A DNA stretch of 64,000 nucleotides from Akkermansia sp. (GCA_017398765.1 JAFQEY010000061.1:7973-71972); one strand, 5' to 3'; shown: positions 1-9,881, counted from the stretch's first letter. Notes: generated from the letters alone by a model not told the origin. Made by a program: numbers and translations.

Positions 1-2
1 CA

Positions 3-971
3 TTCTATGCCGGGATATTTATTCCCGGAGAAACTGATGGCAAATACATTATCTGCCCCCAGGGCCCGGATGCAAAGATTGGTGAGAAGCTTCCCGTTGG
101 GTGAATCCAGCGGTACACAGACTCCGGAGTAACCCTGTTGGCGCACAGTGTCATGAATGCCGGTGGTAAGTGCCTTTTCTACCTGCAAGAGCAGTCCCGG
201 ATAGTTTTTTGTGGGGGCAGACCGCGCAAGCCCGGTGCGCAGGGTGCGGCAGGCCGGTTCAAAAAACGGGAGATAGTCCACAAGCTTGTTGTTGACATAG
301 AGAGAGGAGCCGCCGCCGTATATATCCCCGCCTTCTGTGCCGACCGGGTGCACACAGACAACGGGGGCCTGTGCGGCGTGTGATTCCCAACTGTAGATTT
401 GTGTTTCTTTGTCTGTGCTGCGGTTGTTCCAAGGGCTTTTCGGTAAGTGAACAATCAAATCAACTTCACCCTCCGGCATACTTTCCTCTCCGGCTGTTGT
501 TATGTGGCAGAGCCTGTCTGCAATGGTGGCAGTGCCGCCGTCTGTCAGGAGCCGGATAACTCCCCGGTGAATGACACAGGGAACCATGATGACGGATTCG
601 TGCATGCCATAGTCCTCTTCTTCTGAATCGTAGAGCAGTCCGTCATCCGCCTCCCACTCATCATCAAACTCATCTCCCACGGGAGTTCGGAGAGGATTGA
701 TACAAAAACCGGTAATCAGGGGCACATCTGTTACAGCCAGTTCCGCCGCCAGTGCTTCAGCTGCCGCTTCCATTTGGGTTGTAAAAGAGTGGCGTCGCAT
801 CAAGTCCTGTGGGTTGAGCCCACTCAGGGCATAGATGGAGGTGATGGCGATTTGCGCCCCTCTGTCCAGGCACTCGCGGTAGCCCTGCACAATACGTCTC
901 AGGTTGCGGGAAAAATCTCCGGGTAGTGCTTGTGATTGGATGATGCCGATTTTGCTTATATTTACAGACAT
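3..971 (-). CDS. Glutamine-dependent NAD+ synthetase-like protein (nitrilase-fold + NAD-synthetase-fold), catalytic motifs degenerate; runs off the left window edge
   Basis: Not in the ORF track because it has no stop inside the window. Hand translation from ATG 971: MSVNISKIGIIQSQALPGDFSRNLRRIVQGYRECLDRGAQIAITSIYALSGLNPQDL...PVVCVHPVGTEGGDIYGGGS...LPFFEP...EKALTTGIHDTVRQQGYSGVCVPLDS...RALGADNVFAIS. This follows the NadE layout. Confidence 0.7.
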   Translation of the reverse strand, partial: MSVNISKIGIIQSQALPGDFSRNLRRIVQGYRECLDRGAQIAITSIYALSGLNPQDLMRRHSFTTQMEAAAEALAAELAVTDVPLITGFCINPLRTPVGDEFDDEWEADDGLLYDSEEEDYGMHESVIMVPCVIHRGVIRLLTDGGTATIADRLCHITTAGEESMPEGEVDLIVHLPKSPWNNRSTDKETQIYSWESHAAQAPVVCVHPVGTEGGDIYGGGSSLYVNNKLVDYLPFFEPACRTLRTGLARSAPTKNYPGLLLQVEKALTTGIHDTVRQQGYSGVCVPLDSPNGKLLTNLCIRALGADNVFAISFSGNKYPGIE

Positions 972-1086
972 GCCGATGTGGGGGGGTAGGTAGAGAAAGA
1001 CAGAAATAGGGTGTCACTTTCAAAGAGTGTACACCCTGAAATTGGTGTGTTGTTTAGATAGCGACATTGCTTCCGAACTATGGGAC

Positions 1087-3570
1087 TCACATATCGATAG
1101 GAAGTGCCGTGCCTGTTTCTGAGAGGGTGAATGAGATTCCGAATCCTTCTTCCCGTTTTCCGCCGTTGTCGCGGAAATAGATGGTCGCCCCGACATACCA
1201 GGGCCCTACATTGCGGAAGAGACTGAACTGCTGAATCGGTATACGATGGTTGGAGAAATCCCACGTGATACGTGCAGCTGCAGCGTATTGCTCGTTGATA
1301 CGTACATTGAATTTTGCTTCCAACTGCTCAGAATCCTGGTAAATGGGGTGTCCTTTGAAGTAGCTCCAACCAAGCCCCGTTTCCAACCATGATATCGGCA
1401 TGGTGCTCATGGAGATGTTATAGCGGTTGTAACCATCACCATTTTTTATGGTGGGTGTCTGCGTTTCAATGTAGAATGATGTCTGGTTCGTGAGTGCTAT
1501 CGTAGCGCGATTGTACAGGTTGGAGAAATCTGTTTCGGTGAGCGGATTGTCCAGATTGTAATCAATGGAGGTATCCCAGTCCAGAATTCTCTTTTGTTCT
1601 CCGTCTACTGTTGTATTGAGCGCGTTCCGGACACCCCAGCGCCAAACTGTCCAGGAGTCCCAGGCATCCACCCCGGTGAAAGAGATAAGATCCAAGGGCA
1701 TGGGAGAGTTGGTACTGCTGCCTAATGCGCTGGACCAGGAATCAAGCTGGGGCAGTAAGCCACGTGAGGAGGACAGGTTGGTATGACTGATGGTCGCGTA
1801 TGGATGAAATACATGGGTGAGCCCCTTGTATCCGTATGGCTTGAATTTGAAATTGCTGAGGTGGTTGCTGAACTTTATATCAAAATCCACCCCCAGATAG
1901 CCCAGAAATCTGTTGTCAGAGGATATGTCATCTGCGCCGTAATAGCCGGAGTAACCCACACCGGCTTTGGGTGTCACATTGAGAAAATTCAGTATTTTCC
2001 GGCTGATGGTGAACTCATGGGCAGAGGTGACTCTGACAAAACTGGTGGAGTTGAGCAAGCGCTCATAGTACGCCTGCAGTGCCGGGTCAGTGATTTGCTT
2101 AAGTTTATTTTGATATGAGGCGCGCTCCGTGATGGGGAGATACTGGTGCAGCACGCCGGCACTGTTGCGGGTTTCATACGTTATCCCTGTGTTGGCAATA
2201 GGTTGGCGTGCTCGGTAGAATGTGCCTTCCAGTCGCTCGTCTGAGGCGTAGAAATTATTGGGAGTGAAGCGGCTGTACACCATGCTGTGCGTGCTGCGGC
2301 TTCTTCTCTCTACTCTGACCGTGTTATCCGGGGAGGCATCCACCCGGCTCAGTTCTTCAAAGAAGTCTCGGAGCACATAGCGATCACTCAGGATGTTGAC
2401 GTTCGTTGCCAGCTGCCATTCCGCTTTTTTGTCCGCATCCGGTGTGATATCCCAACAGGTCTGCAAAGCAAGACGATACCGATTATGGCGCGTGGTGGCG
2501 CGTGTTCCCTGCTGCGGATTTATCATCGGGTTGCGGTCAAAAATGATGTACGATTCAAACCCGGTCATGGCATCGTATTTCCGCGCCATGGGGATATCTT
2601 CAAGATCCAGACCGGTGGCCAGGCCTCTTCTGCTGCGTATGTCCGCATGCAGCGTTGCCAGATAGTCGGCCGTCGGCATAATGCCGTCCGTCTTTCTGTT
2701 ACCCAACAGGATACCGTAATTGTTGAGCAGGTAACCACCCCAGATTGAGCGTGAACCAATCTCCGGATACCAGCCTTCTCTCGGATTCAACGAATGTTCG
2801 AGCGGAATCCAACCAAGGATGGGTATGGGTATGTCTGTATCCGGGCCGGCTATGCTCAGTCTTGACATCTGTCCGCAGTCTCCGGGGTATATTCTCAGTG
2901 TGCCGCAGCCTATCCATGTGCCGGGGGTTTCCGTATCCTCGGTTGAGACATAGGCGTTTTCTATCTGAATGTATTTTTTCCCGATTCTGGAGGGGGACTT
3001 GCTTTCTGTATCGGTAGCGTAAGTTATCGCAGAGCCGCGTACAATGAAGCCGTTAATCTTGGCTCGAATCCCTTCGGCGCGGATGATTTCATTTTTCCAA
3101 TCGTAGGAGGCATCTGCCTTTCCCGGGGCTTTTGCCCCGTCTACCTTTGCCATGATGGCGTGATCATACATGACGATGGGTCCCCGGAGCGTCAGAAGTT
3201 CTTTGCCCAGGTCAGCCGTAACGTGAGGTGAAATCAGTTGTGTGCCTTCACTTGTGTCGACTTTGATACCCTTTCCCGCTCCGTCGTAGGAAAGGAGAGA
3301 TGTTTCGCTGTCATATATAATCTCCCCGCCTTCGTTTTCAATATTGAGCGCAGATGGTACAGCCGGAGAGTTTGCCGACTTTATCATGGCATCCGGTAAA
3401 TCAGTCAGGATATTACCGTCTTTTTTGCTGAGTTCTTCGCTCTGAGAGGGTAAACCATCCTCCGGGAGGGGGAGCAGCGGTGCAGCAGGAGCACACGCTA
3501 TGCCGCTGATGATGAGAGCCGCAGCGAGCCCGGTTCGAGCTTTTATGACCTTATGTTTGTTCATCCCCAT
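1087..3570 (-). CDS. lptD: LPS-assembly outer-membrane protein, LptD-like
   Basis: 827 aa with a signal peptide, an N-terminal beta-rich (jellyroll-like) region, and a long C-terminal region of alternating aromatic beta-strands (G..S.WG.YL motif, 'NILSDRYVLRDFF'). Confidence 0.65.
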   Translation of the reverse strand: MGMNKHKVIKARTGLAAALIISGIACAPAAPLLPLPEDGLPSQSEELSKKDGNILTDLPDAMIKSANSPAVPSALNIENEGGEIIYDSETSLLSYDGAGKGIKVDTSEGTQLISPHVTADLGKELLTLRGPIVMYDHAIMAKVDGAKAPGKADASYDWKNEIIRAEGIRAKINGFIVRGSAITYATDTESKSPSRIGKKYIQIENAYVSTEDTETPGTWIGCGTLRIYPGDCGQMSRLSIAGPDTDIPIPILGWIPLEHSLNPREGWYPEIGSRSIWGGYLLNNYGILLGNRKTDGIMPTADYLATLHADIRSRRGLATGLDLEDIPMARKYDAMTGFESYIIFDRNPMINPQQGTRATTRHNRYRLALQTCWDITPDADKKAEWQLATNVNILSDRYVLRDFFEELSRVDASPDNTVRVERRSRSTHSMVYSRFTPNNFYASDERLEGTFYRARQPIANTGITYETRNSAGVLHQYLPITERASYQNKLKQITDPALQAYYERLLNSTSFVRVTSAHEFTISRKILNFLNVTPKAGVGYSGYYGADDISSDNRFLGYLGVDFDIKFSNHLSNFKFKPYGYKGLTHVFHPYATISHTNLSSSRGLLPQLDSWSSALGSSTNSPMPLDLISFTGVDAWDSWTVWRWGVRNALNTTVDGEQKRILDWDTSIDYNLDNPLTETDFSNLYNRATIALTNQTSFYIETQTPTIKNGDGYNRYNISMSTMPISWLETGLGWSYFKGHPIYQDSEQLEAKFNVRINEQYAAAARITWDFSNHRIPIQQFSLFRNVGPWYVGATIYFRDNGGKREEGFGISFTLSETGTALPIDM

Positions 3571-3580
3571 GACTGTTGTT

Positions 3581-3609
3581 ATTCTGCCTTATTCCAAGAA
3601 TGTTGTCAA
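3581..3609 (-). promoter_or_regulatory. sigma70-type promoter of lptD
   Basis: TTGACA-17 nt-CAGAAT on the minus strand, 10 nt before ATG 3570. Confidence 0.6.
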
Positions 3610-3626
3610 GAAAGGAAAATTGTTTT

Positions 3627-5384
3627 TTAATCGGAAATACCCATGTAGCGTTGGCGCAACCGGGTATCGATTGTGCCGGGTTCCACGATGACGAGACAAT
3701 CCATCGTGTCTCCGAAATCATGGTCTATGCTGAAGGCTGCAATCATGCCCCCTAGTCGCATATATTGTCGGAGCAGTACGGGGATTCCCTTGCCGTCCGG
3801 TTCAATTTTTGACACAAGAATCGGAAGGAGTCTGGGGTCTTCCAGCGCAGTCGGCAGAAGCCGGGCATCTTCACTGAGCAAATCCATGTCTCTCGGGGGG
3901 AATTTGGCTTTTACCTCATATTGCAGTTCCGGGTGCATGCGGTTGCTTTTGAGGTAGGAGAGGATGAGAGAGCGGGAGAGAGCGGTGTATTCATTGGAGA
4001 TGCTGACCGTGCCGTACAGGTAGCGGTATTGAGGGTGTGCGACCAGGTAGCGGCCCAGTCCCATCCAGAGCGTATCCAGTGAGGCGGGATGCCGCTGATA
4101 TGATTTGGTAATGAAAGCTCTTCCCAGTTCCAGCCCGCCTCTGGCAAAATCCAAAAACTTGTCGCTGAAGTCAAAGAACATGGAATTGTAAATCCCTTTG
4201 GCCCCCAACTTGTCCAGAATCATATCCGTTCTCCCGAATCGGTATGCTCCGGCAAGTGCTTTTTTCTTGCTGTCCCACATGACCAGGTGAACATAGTGGC
4301 GGTCAAAATCATCCAAATCACAGGCTGAGCCGGAGCCTTCCCCGACAGCTCGGAAAGTGATTTCACGCTGCACTCCTATTTCATGCAGCATGTGGGGAAT
4401 TTGTTCAGCGGTGACGGCATATACCTGCAGCCCTGTTTTGTCATTTGCGTAACAGAGTGCATCTTCAGGGAGAGCCGCCATTTCCTGAGAGAGTATTTCA
4501 GCGTCCTCCCCCGGTTCGATAGGAGCCATTTTTCGCTCGCAGGTTTGGTTTGTACCCCCTTTTGAAGGGTAGCGCAGCAGCATGGTGTTGAGCCGCAGGT
4601 AATCTGAGAGTGCAGCGTCATCCTTCAGCATGCCGAATGCGGAGGGGGGGATTGCCTTGCCGATGCGGATGCTGTGGCGCATACGACCGTCTCTCTTGAT
4701 TTCTCTGGGAAGCAGAGAGGCGCGGTGCTTCTTGGCAAACATGGTCACCAGCTGGAATAGTTTGCCGGTCTGCCCGGAAATGTGCATGGGAACAACCGTG
4801 GAATTGGTTTTGCGGATGATACCGGCAATGTTGGTCTGCCAGGGGTCATCTATCACACGCTTGTCTTGTCCGGAGTAGGAGGCTGCGGAGCCGCTGGGGA
4901 ACACCAGAATGCAGTGCCCCTCTCGTAACCATTGCAGAATATGCTTCATGCTCTGCATGTTGGCGCGCTTGGCTTTGTCGCCTCCGTACACGTCTACCTT
5001 AATTTCATACGGGCGCATGCCGCGTACGCAGTCCAGAAACTCGTTGACGATGATACGGACATCACTCCGCACTTTCATGGCGATATCTCCGAACATCAGC
5101 CCGTCAGACATGCCGTGTGGGTGGTTGGAGACGATAACGCAGGGCCCTTCCGCCGGGATGTTTTCCAGCCCTTCCAAATCATAGTGCAAATGGAGGTACT
5201 TGCAGGCAAGTTTGAAGAAATTTTCCGTGCTCCCTTCATCCCAATCATCCTCAATGTGGGCGTGAGCCACATTGAGTGCGTGAAAGCCGAGAAATCGTTC
5301 TCCCAGGTTGATGAGCCATTCCGGCCAGATTTTTCCGGCGGGTACATAATCCCGCAAATCAACCATTTTCTGTCGTTTTTTCAT
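3627..5384 (-). CDS. Bifunctional acyltransferase: N-terminal PlsC-type O-acyltransferase + C-terminal GNAT/OlsB-type N-acyltransferase (OlsF-like)
   Basis: NHPHGMSD (HxxxxD) and VFPSG motifs in the N-terminal half; REITFRAVGEG, DLDDFD, GAYR, ELGRAF, LW.GLG.YL and PVLLRQYMRLGG in the C-terminal half. Confidence 0.75.
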   Translation of the reverse strand: MKKRQKMVDLRDYVPAGKIWPEWLINLGERFLGFHALNVAHAHIEDDWDEGSTENFFKLACKYLHLHYDLEGLENIPAEGPCVIVSNHPHGMSDGLMFGDIAMKVRSDVRIIVNEFLDCVRGMRPYEIKVDVYGGDKAKRANMQSMKHILQWLREGHCILVFPSGSAASYSGQDKRVIDDPWQTNIAGIIRKTNSTVVPMHISGQTGKLFQLVTMFAKKHRASLLPREIKRDGRMRHSIRIGKAIPPSAFGMLKDDAALSDYLRLNTMLLRYPSKGGTNQTCERKMAPIEPGEDAEILSQEMAALPEDALCYANDKTGLQVYAVTAEQIPHMLHEIGVQREITFRAVGEGSGSACDLDDFDRHYVHLVMWDSKKKALAGAYRFGRTDMILDKLGAKGIYNSMFFDFSDKFLDFARGGLELGRAFITKSYQRHPASLDTLWMGLGRYLVAHPQYRYLYGTVSISNEYTALSRSLILSYLKSNRMHPELQYEVKAKFPPRDMDLLSEDARLLPTALEDPRLLPILVSKIEPDGKGIPVLLRQYMRLGGMIAAFSIDHDFGDTMDCLVIVEPGTIDTRLRQRYMGISD

Positions 5385-5580
5385 GTTGTTCAGAGGTGAG
5401 CAAGTGTGCGCTGTTGTCAGAATAGCACAGAGCGCATTTCAGGTCAATGAAATCCTAACAATAAACTTTATTTAATTATCTCCCGGCTTCGATTTTTGTG
5501 AAAAAATGACGCAGCACCGGTTTTTTCTGCTTCACATCAGGGAAAATAGAGTTATAATACGCCTGTTCACAATTTTTTTT

Positions 5581-6438
5581 ATGTCTATGAAAATTTGGCT
5601 TGATGGTAAACTGGTAGATAAGGAAGAAGCTAAGGTTTCCGTGTTTGATCATGGTGTGTTGTACGGTGATGGTTGCTTTGAGGGGATCCGTTTTTACTCC
5701 GGCAAGATATTCCGCCTGCAGGAGCACATTACCCGACTTTTTGACTGCATGCGCTACCTGATGTTGAACCTTCCGTGGAGCTATGAGGAGGTCTGCGCCG
5801 CAACGGAGGAAACCGTGGCTGCCAGTGGGCTGGAGGACGGCTACATTCGCCTGGTGGTGACCCGTGGTGTGGGTGATTTGGGGCTCAACCCCCGCAATTG
5901 TGCCAAAGCCAGCATGTTCATCATCGCCTCTTCCATTTCCTTGTACCCGCCGGAGATGTATGAGAATGGGCTGAGCCTGATTACCAGCTCCTATCGTCGT
6001 GCCAACCCGGATGTCAACTGCCAGCAGGTCAAGAGTCTGAATTATCTCAACAGCATATCCGCCAAGATTGAGTGCGTGCAGCAGGGCGCGGGGGAAGCCA
6101 TTATGCTCAACGCCAATGGCAATGTGGCCGAATGCACCGGTGATAATATCTTTATCATCAAGGATGGTGTGGTCATGACACCTCCGCTGACAGAGGGTGC
6201 TCTGGGGGGCATTACGCGCCATGCCGTCATGGATATCTGCGCAGAGCTGGGTATCCCCTGTGAGGAGCGCGTCATCAACCGTTTCGACGTTATCCGCGCG
6301 GACGAGTGTTTCCTGACGGGAACGGCTGCTGAGGTGATTGCCGCCACCAGTTTGGATGGTCGCACCATTGGTGCCGGTGTAGCAGGCCCCATCACCAAGC
6401 GGATTCTGGCGCGCTTTCAGGAGATTGTGCGCATGTAA
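5581..6438 (+). CDS. ilvE: Branched-chain amino acid aminotransferase
   Basis: FDHGVLYGDGCFEGIR, KSLNYLN, ECTGDNIF, LGGITR and FLTGTAAEV (class IV PLP enzyme). Start taken at MSMKIW. Confidence 0.95.
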   Translation: MSMKIWLDGKLVDKEEAKVSVFDHGVLYGDGCFEGIRFYSGKIFRLQEHITRLFDCMRYLMLNLPWSYEEVCAATEETVAASGLEDGYIRLVVTRGVGDLGLNPRNCAKASMFIIASSISLYPPEMYENGLSLITSSYRRANPDVNCQQVKSLNYLNSISAKIECVQQGAGEAIMLNANGNVAECTGDNIFIIKDGVVMTPPLTEGALGGITRHAVMDICAELGIPCEERVINRFDVIRADECFLTGTAAEVIAATSLDGRTIGAGVAGPITKRILARFQEIVRM

Positions 6439-6456
6439 GTATCTGTCATTGCATTG

Positions 6457-6487
6457 GGCGGTAGTTGGTAAAACTACCGCCTTTTTT
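6457..6487 (+). terminator. Intrinsic terminator after ilvE
   Basis: GGCGGTAGTT/AACTACCGCC stem followed by T6. Confidence 0.8.
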
Positions 6488-6501
6488 ACAGTGTATCAGC
6501 C

Positions 6502-7005
6502 ATGGAGATGTTGTATGCAGGTTCATTCCTGAATCTCGTGAAAGAGGGGAATTGGGAATTCTGTGAGCGGAAGAATAGCACTCCCGCTGTCATGATATTT
6601 GCCTGCACGGCAGAGCGTGAAATACTTTTGGTGGAGGAATTTCGCCCGCCCATCGGTAAACGCTGCATCTGCTTTCCCGCAGGGCTGAGCGGAGATGAAG
6701 CCCCGGAAGCTCATGCCGATGCCGCCCGCCGGGAGTTGTGGGAGGAAACCGGTTACCGGGCAGAGTTCGTCCGCTATCTCTTCACCGGTCCCTCATCTCC
6801 TGGGCTGACCTCTGAAACGCTTCATTTTTATCTGGCTGAAGGGTTGAGCCGGGAGCATGCCGGCGGTGGTGTGGAGGGCGAAAATATCACCGTCCACCGG
6901 GTGCCGGAGGCAGAAATCAGCAATTGGCTGGCCGCAAAAATGGCAGAGGGTATCGCTGTTGACCCGCGCGTGTATACAGGCTTGTATTTTCTCTCCGTGA
7001 ACTGA
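6502..7005 (+). CDS. NUDIX hydrolase (ADP-ribose pyrophosphatase-like)
   Basis: Nudix box PAGLSGDEAPEAHADAARRELWEETG and SPG motif. Confidence 0.9.
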   Translation: MEMLYAGSFLNLVKEGNWEFCERKNSTPAVMIFACTAEREILLVEEFRPPIGKRCICFPAGLSGDEAPEAHADAARRELWEETGYRAEFVRYLFTGPSSPGLTSETLHFYLAEGLSREHAGGGVEGENITVHRVPEAEISNWLAAKMAEGIAVDPRVYTGLYFLSVN

Positions 7006-7013
7006 ATTGCGCA

Positions 7014-7042
7014 TTGACAGACCCGGGGCTTTCGGGTATGGT
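7014..7042 (+). promoter_or_regulatory. sigma70-type promoter of the methyltransferase-dynamin-rarA operon
   Basis: TTGACA-17 nt-TATGGT, 10 nt before ATG 7053. Confidence 0.65.
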
Positions 7043-7052
7043 TGTGGGCGTT

Positions 7053-8237
7053 ATGGCAGGTCTTATCATCGCGCCCAAAGCGCGCATTTTTCACGGTCAC
7101 GATTGGGTGTACGGAACGGAGGTTCGCGCGGTATTCGGGAATCCTCAGGCGGGGGATGTAGTGCTGCTGAAAGATCAGCGCGACCGCTACTTGGGCTCTG
7201 CCATGTACAACCCTAACTCTCAGATTGTTGCGCGCCGCTTTTCTCGCCGTAAGCAAGATTTGGACCGGGGCTTCTTTGCCCGCCGCATTGCCCAGGCCAT
7301 GTTGCTGCGGGAGCGCTATCTGCCCGGAGAGGAGATGATGCGTCTGGTCTGGAGTGAGAGTGACGGCTTGCCCGGGCTCATCATCGACCGTTACAAAGAC
7401 GTGTTGGTGGTACAGACTCTCACTGTGGCCATGCATCGGCGTTTGGGGCTTATTAAGGATATACTGGGCGACTTGCTGCAGCCCGGCTGCATACTCGTGC
7501 GAAATGATTCCCCCATGTTGCAGGCAGAGGGCATTGAGCCGGAAACGTATGTCGCCGCCGGGGAAATGCCTGCTCCCTTCATCGGCTACGGGCGCGGAAT
7601 CAAATTTCTGGTGGATTTATCCACGGGGCAGAAGACCGGGCTCTATCTGGACCAGCTTCAGAACTATGAGGAAGTTGCCCGGTTTGCACGCGGGCGCCGA
7701 GTGCTGGACTGCTTCTGCAACCAGGGAGGCTTTGCGCTGGCCTGTGCCAAGGCCGGAGCAGCGAGCGTGACCGCTGTGGACATTTCGGAGGAGGCTATTG
7801 CCTCAGTGCGCCGCAATGCAGAACTTAACGGTGTGCAGGTGGAAGCTATAGCGGAGAACGCCTTTGATTTCCTTAAGCGGGAGAGCGATGCCGTGCGCAA
7901 CGGGGCTGACCCGAAGTGGGATATGATTATCCTTGACCCCCCCAGTTTTACCCGCAACAAAAAGAGCCTCAACGGAGCACTGCGCGGGTACAAGGAGATT
8001 CACCTGCGAGCCATGCAGATGCTGCCGGTGGGGGGAATCCTTTCCACATTCAGTTGTTCTCACCATATCAGCTCCACGCTTTTCCGGCAGACCATCTGTG
8101 AGGCTGCGGTAGATGGGCACAGCACGCTGCGCCTGGTTGCGACGCATGGTCAGAGCCCGGATCATCCTATTCTGCTGAATATCCCGGAGACTGAGTATCT
8201 GAAAGGTTTCACGTTTGAAATGGTTCCCGGCAGATAA
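7053..8237 (+). CDS. RlmI/RlmK-family class I SAM-dependent rRNA methyltransferase
   Basis: PUA-like start (GHDWVY), ESDGLPGLIID, GQKTGLYLDQ, VLDCFCNQGGF, ILDPPSF, FSCS, PETEYLKG. Confidence 0.9.
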   Translation: MAGLIIAPKARIFHGHDWVYGTEVRAVFGNPQAGDVVLLKDQRDRYLGSAMYNPNSQIVARRFSRRKQDLDRGFFARRIAQAMLLRERYLPGEEMMRLVWSESDGLPGLIIDRYKDVLVVQTLTVAMHRRLGLIKDILGDLLQPGCILVRNDSPMLQAEGIEPETYVAAGEMPAPFIGYGRGIKFLVDLSTGQKTGLYLDQLQNYEEVARFARGRRVLDCFCNQGGFALACAKAGAASVTAVDISEEAIASVRRNAELNGVQVEAIAENAFDFLKRESDAVRNGADPKWDMIILDPPSFTRNKKSLNGALRGYKEIHLRAMQMLPVGGILSTFSCSHHISSTLFRQTICEAAVDGHSTLRLVATHGQSPDHPILLNIPETEYLKGFTFEMVPGR

Positions 8238-8240
8238 GAG

Positions 8241-9881
8241 ATGCTGAAGAGATGCTACAGAACACAGGAAAGTCTGGTGCGCTATTGGGCGCAGCAGGCA
8301 GTGGAGCTGTGCGCGGATATAGATGATTCCACGCTGTCGGAACCCGCTCAGCCTGTCCTGCAGAATATTCAGCAGCTCAACACACCGCGGCGTATCATCG
8401 TTATCGGTGGGGCCAAGAGCGGAAAATCTGCCTTGCTCTCCCACATGATTGGTAGTGCCGTGCCTGCCGCTGCGGAGTGGGAGGGAAACTACATCCGCTG
8501 GCGCTACCGCTGTGAGGATGGTGATGCCGCGGCCTCCCGCTTCCTCCCCATAGAAACGCTGGAGGGATTGGAACTGGTGGATACGGCGGATTGTTCCACC
8601 CCCGCGGTACAGGGAGAACTGCGGCATCTGATAAGCGGGGCAGATGTGGTGATTGCCGTGGCAGATGCCCGGAACCCCGTGCAATCTCCCGCCTGGGATT
8701 TGCTGGCGTCTCTGCCGGAATCTGAGTATGCTGCCTGCATGGTTGCGCTCACCCACACGGACATGATGCCTGCGGCGGCAGCCTTGGAGCTCAATGATAC
8801 ACTGCGTCAGATATGCCGGGAGCGGCTGGTGCGTTCATTGCCGGTGTATCAGGTCTGTCCTACCTCCGCTCAAGGGGTGGAGGTGTTTACCAAACGTGTG
8901 CAGGATGCTCTGAGTGGGCAGCGCGGTGTGCGCTCCGCCATCCGAGCCGTGGTCAATTCCGCCGTGGATTTGATGTATAAACAGGGAAGTGTTCTGAAGG
9001 TTCGTGGCGATGTTGCGCGTACCGACAGTGGTTTCCTGGCCGGAATTGAGCAGGAGATAGATAATTTCCTGGCGCACCAGCTGCTGGGGGTACCCGCTTG
9101 TGCTGCTAATTACGCAGATGCCGTGCGCCGTGCTCGCCTTCCTCTTCGCCGCCGCCTGCGGCACCGTTTCGGCTATTTTCTCTCTCCCGTGACCTTACTG
9201 CGCCTGGAGCACATGGGGGCCGGGGCAGAGGAGTATTTCTGTGCTGCCGTTCGGGATGATGTGCTGACCCTCCAGCTGGATTCAGACCAACGGTTCATGC
9301 ACTCCTGTTCTTTGCATTGGAAGCATGTGCGCCCCAGAATGAAGCAGACGCTGGAATGTGAAATAGGTGATTTCCCGGAAAAAGACATTGCTGCGGAACT
9401 GGAGCAATTGCGCTCCGGCATGGCGCATGATTTGCGTGCCCCTTTCAAGCGCCAGCAGGTGCGCTCATTCATGAGCAAATTCTTTAAGGCTCAGGCTGGG
9501 TGGATGCAGGCATTCATCATCATCTGTTGCTTCCTGCTGGTGGTCGCCGGACTGCTTGGCTTTGTGGGGCAGGACATGCTGGCCGCCGCAACCGTGGGCG
9601 TGGCGGCAGGCGTGTGGTTGCTGGGGTCACTTGCGCACCTGATTATCGCTCGCGGCATTCAGCCGCTGGTCAACAGAGCGGAAGGTGTCATCTTTGATAA
9701 CCTCAAACCCCGCATTAACGAACTGGTAAAAGGCGTGGTCGTTTCCCGTGTGTCGGCATACCGCCGCCTGTATACTGCTCCGCGTCGCAAAGTGGCGGAG
9801 CATGAGGCTACCTTGCAGCCGCTCATGGACAGGCACAGTGAGGTTTACCGCCAGCTGCGCGCCGCTTCACCGCATCTGTAA
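8241..9881 (+). CDS. Dynamin-like P-loop GTPase-fold membrane protein (degenerate G motifs)
   Basis: IIVIGGAKSGKS (G1), LELVDTAD, ADVVIAV.DA.NP, long helical stalk, two-helix hydrophobic hairpin near the C-terminus. Confidence 0.6.
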   Translation: MLKRCYRTQESLVRYWAQQAVELCADIDDSTLSEPAQPVLQNIQQLNTPRRIIVIGGAKSGKSALLSHMIGSAVPAAAEWEGNYIRWRYRCEDGDAAASRFLPIETLEGLELVDTADCSTPAVQGELRHLISGADVVIAVADARNPVQSPAWDLLASLPESEYAACMVALTHTDMMPAAAALELNDTLRQICRERLVRSLPVYQVCPTSAQGVEVFTKRVQDALSGQRGVRSAIRAVVNSAVDLMYKQGSVLKVRGDVARTDSGFLAGIEQEIDNFLAHQLLGVPACAANYADAVRRARLPLRRRLRHRFGYFLSPVTLLRLEHMGAGAEEYFCAAVRDDVLTLQLDSDQRFMHSCSLHWKHVRPRMKQTLECEIGDFPEKDIAAELEQLRSGMAHDLRAPFKRQQVRSFMSKFFKAQAGWMQAFIIICCFLLVVAGLLGFVGQDMLAAATVGVAAGVWLLGSLAHLIIARGIQPLVNRAEGVIFDNLKPRINELVKGVVVSRVSAYRRLYTAPRRKVAEHEATLQPLMDRHSEVYRQLRAASPHL

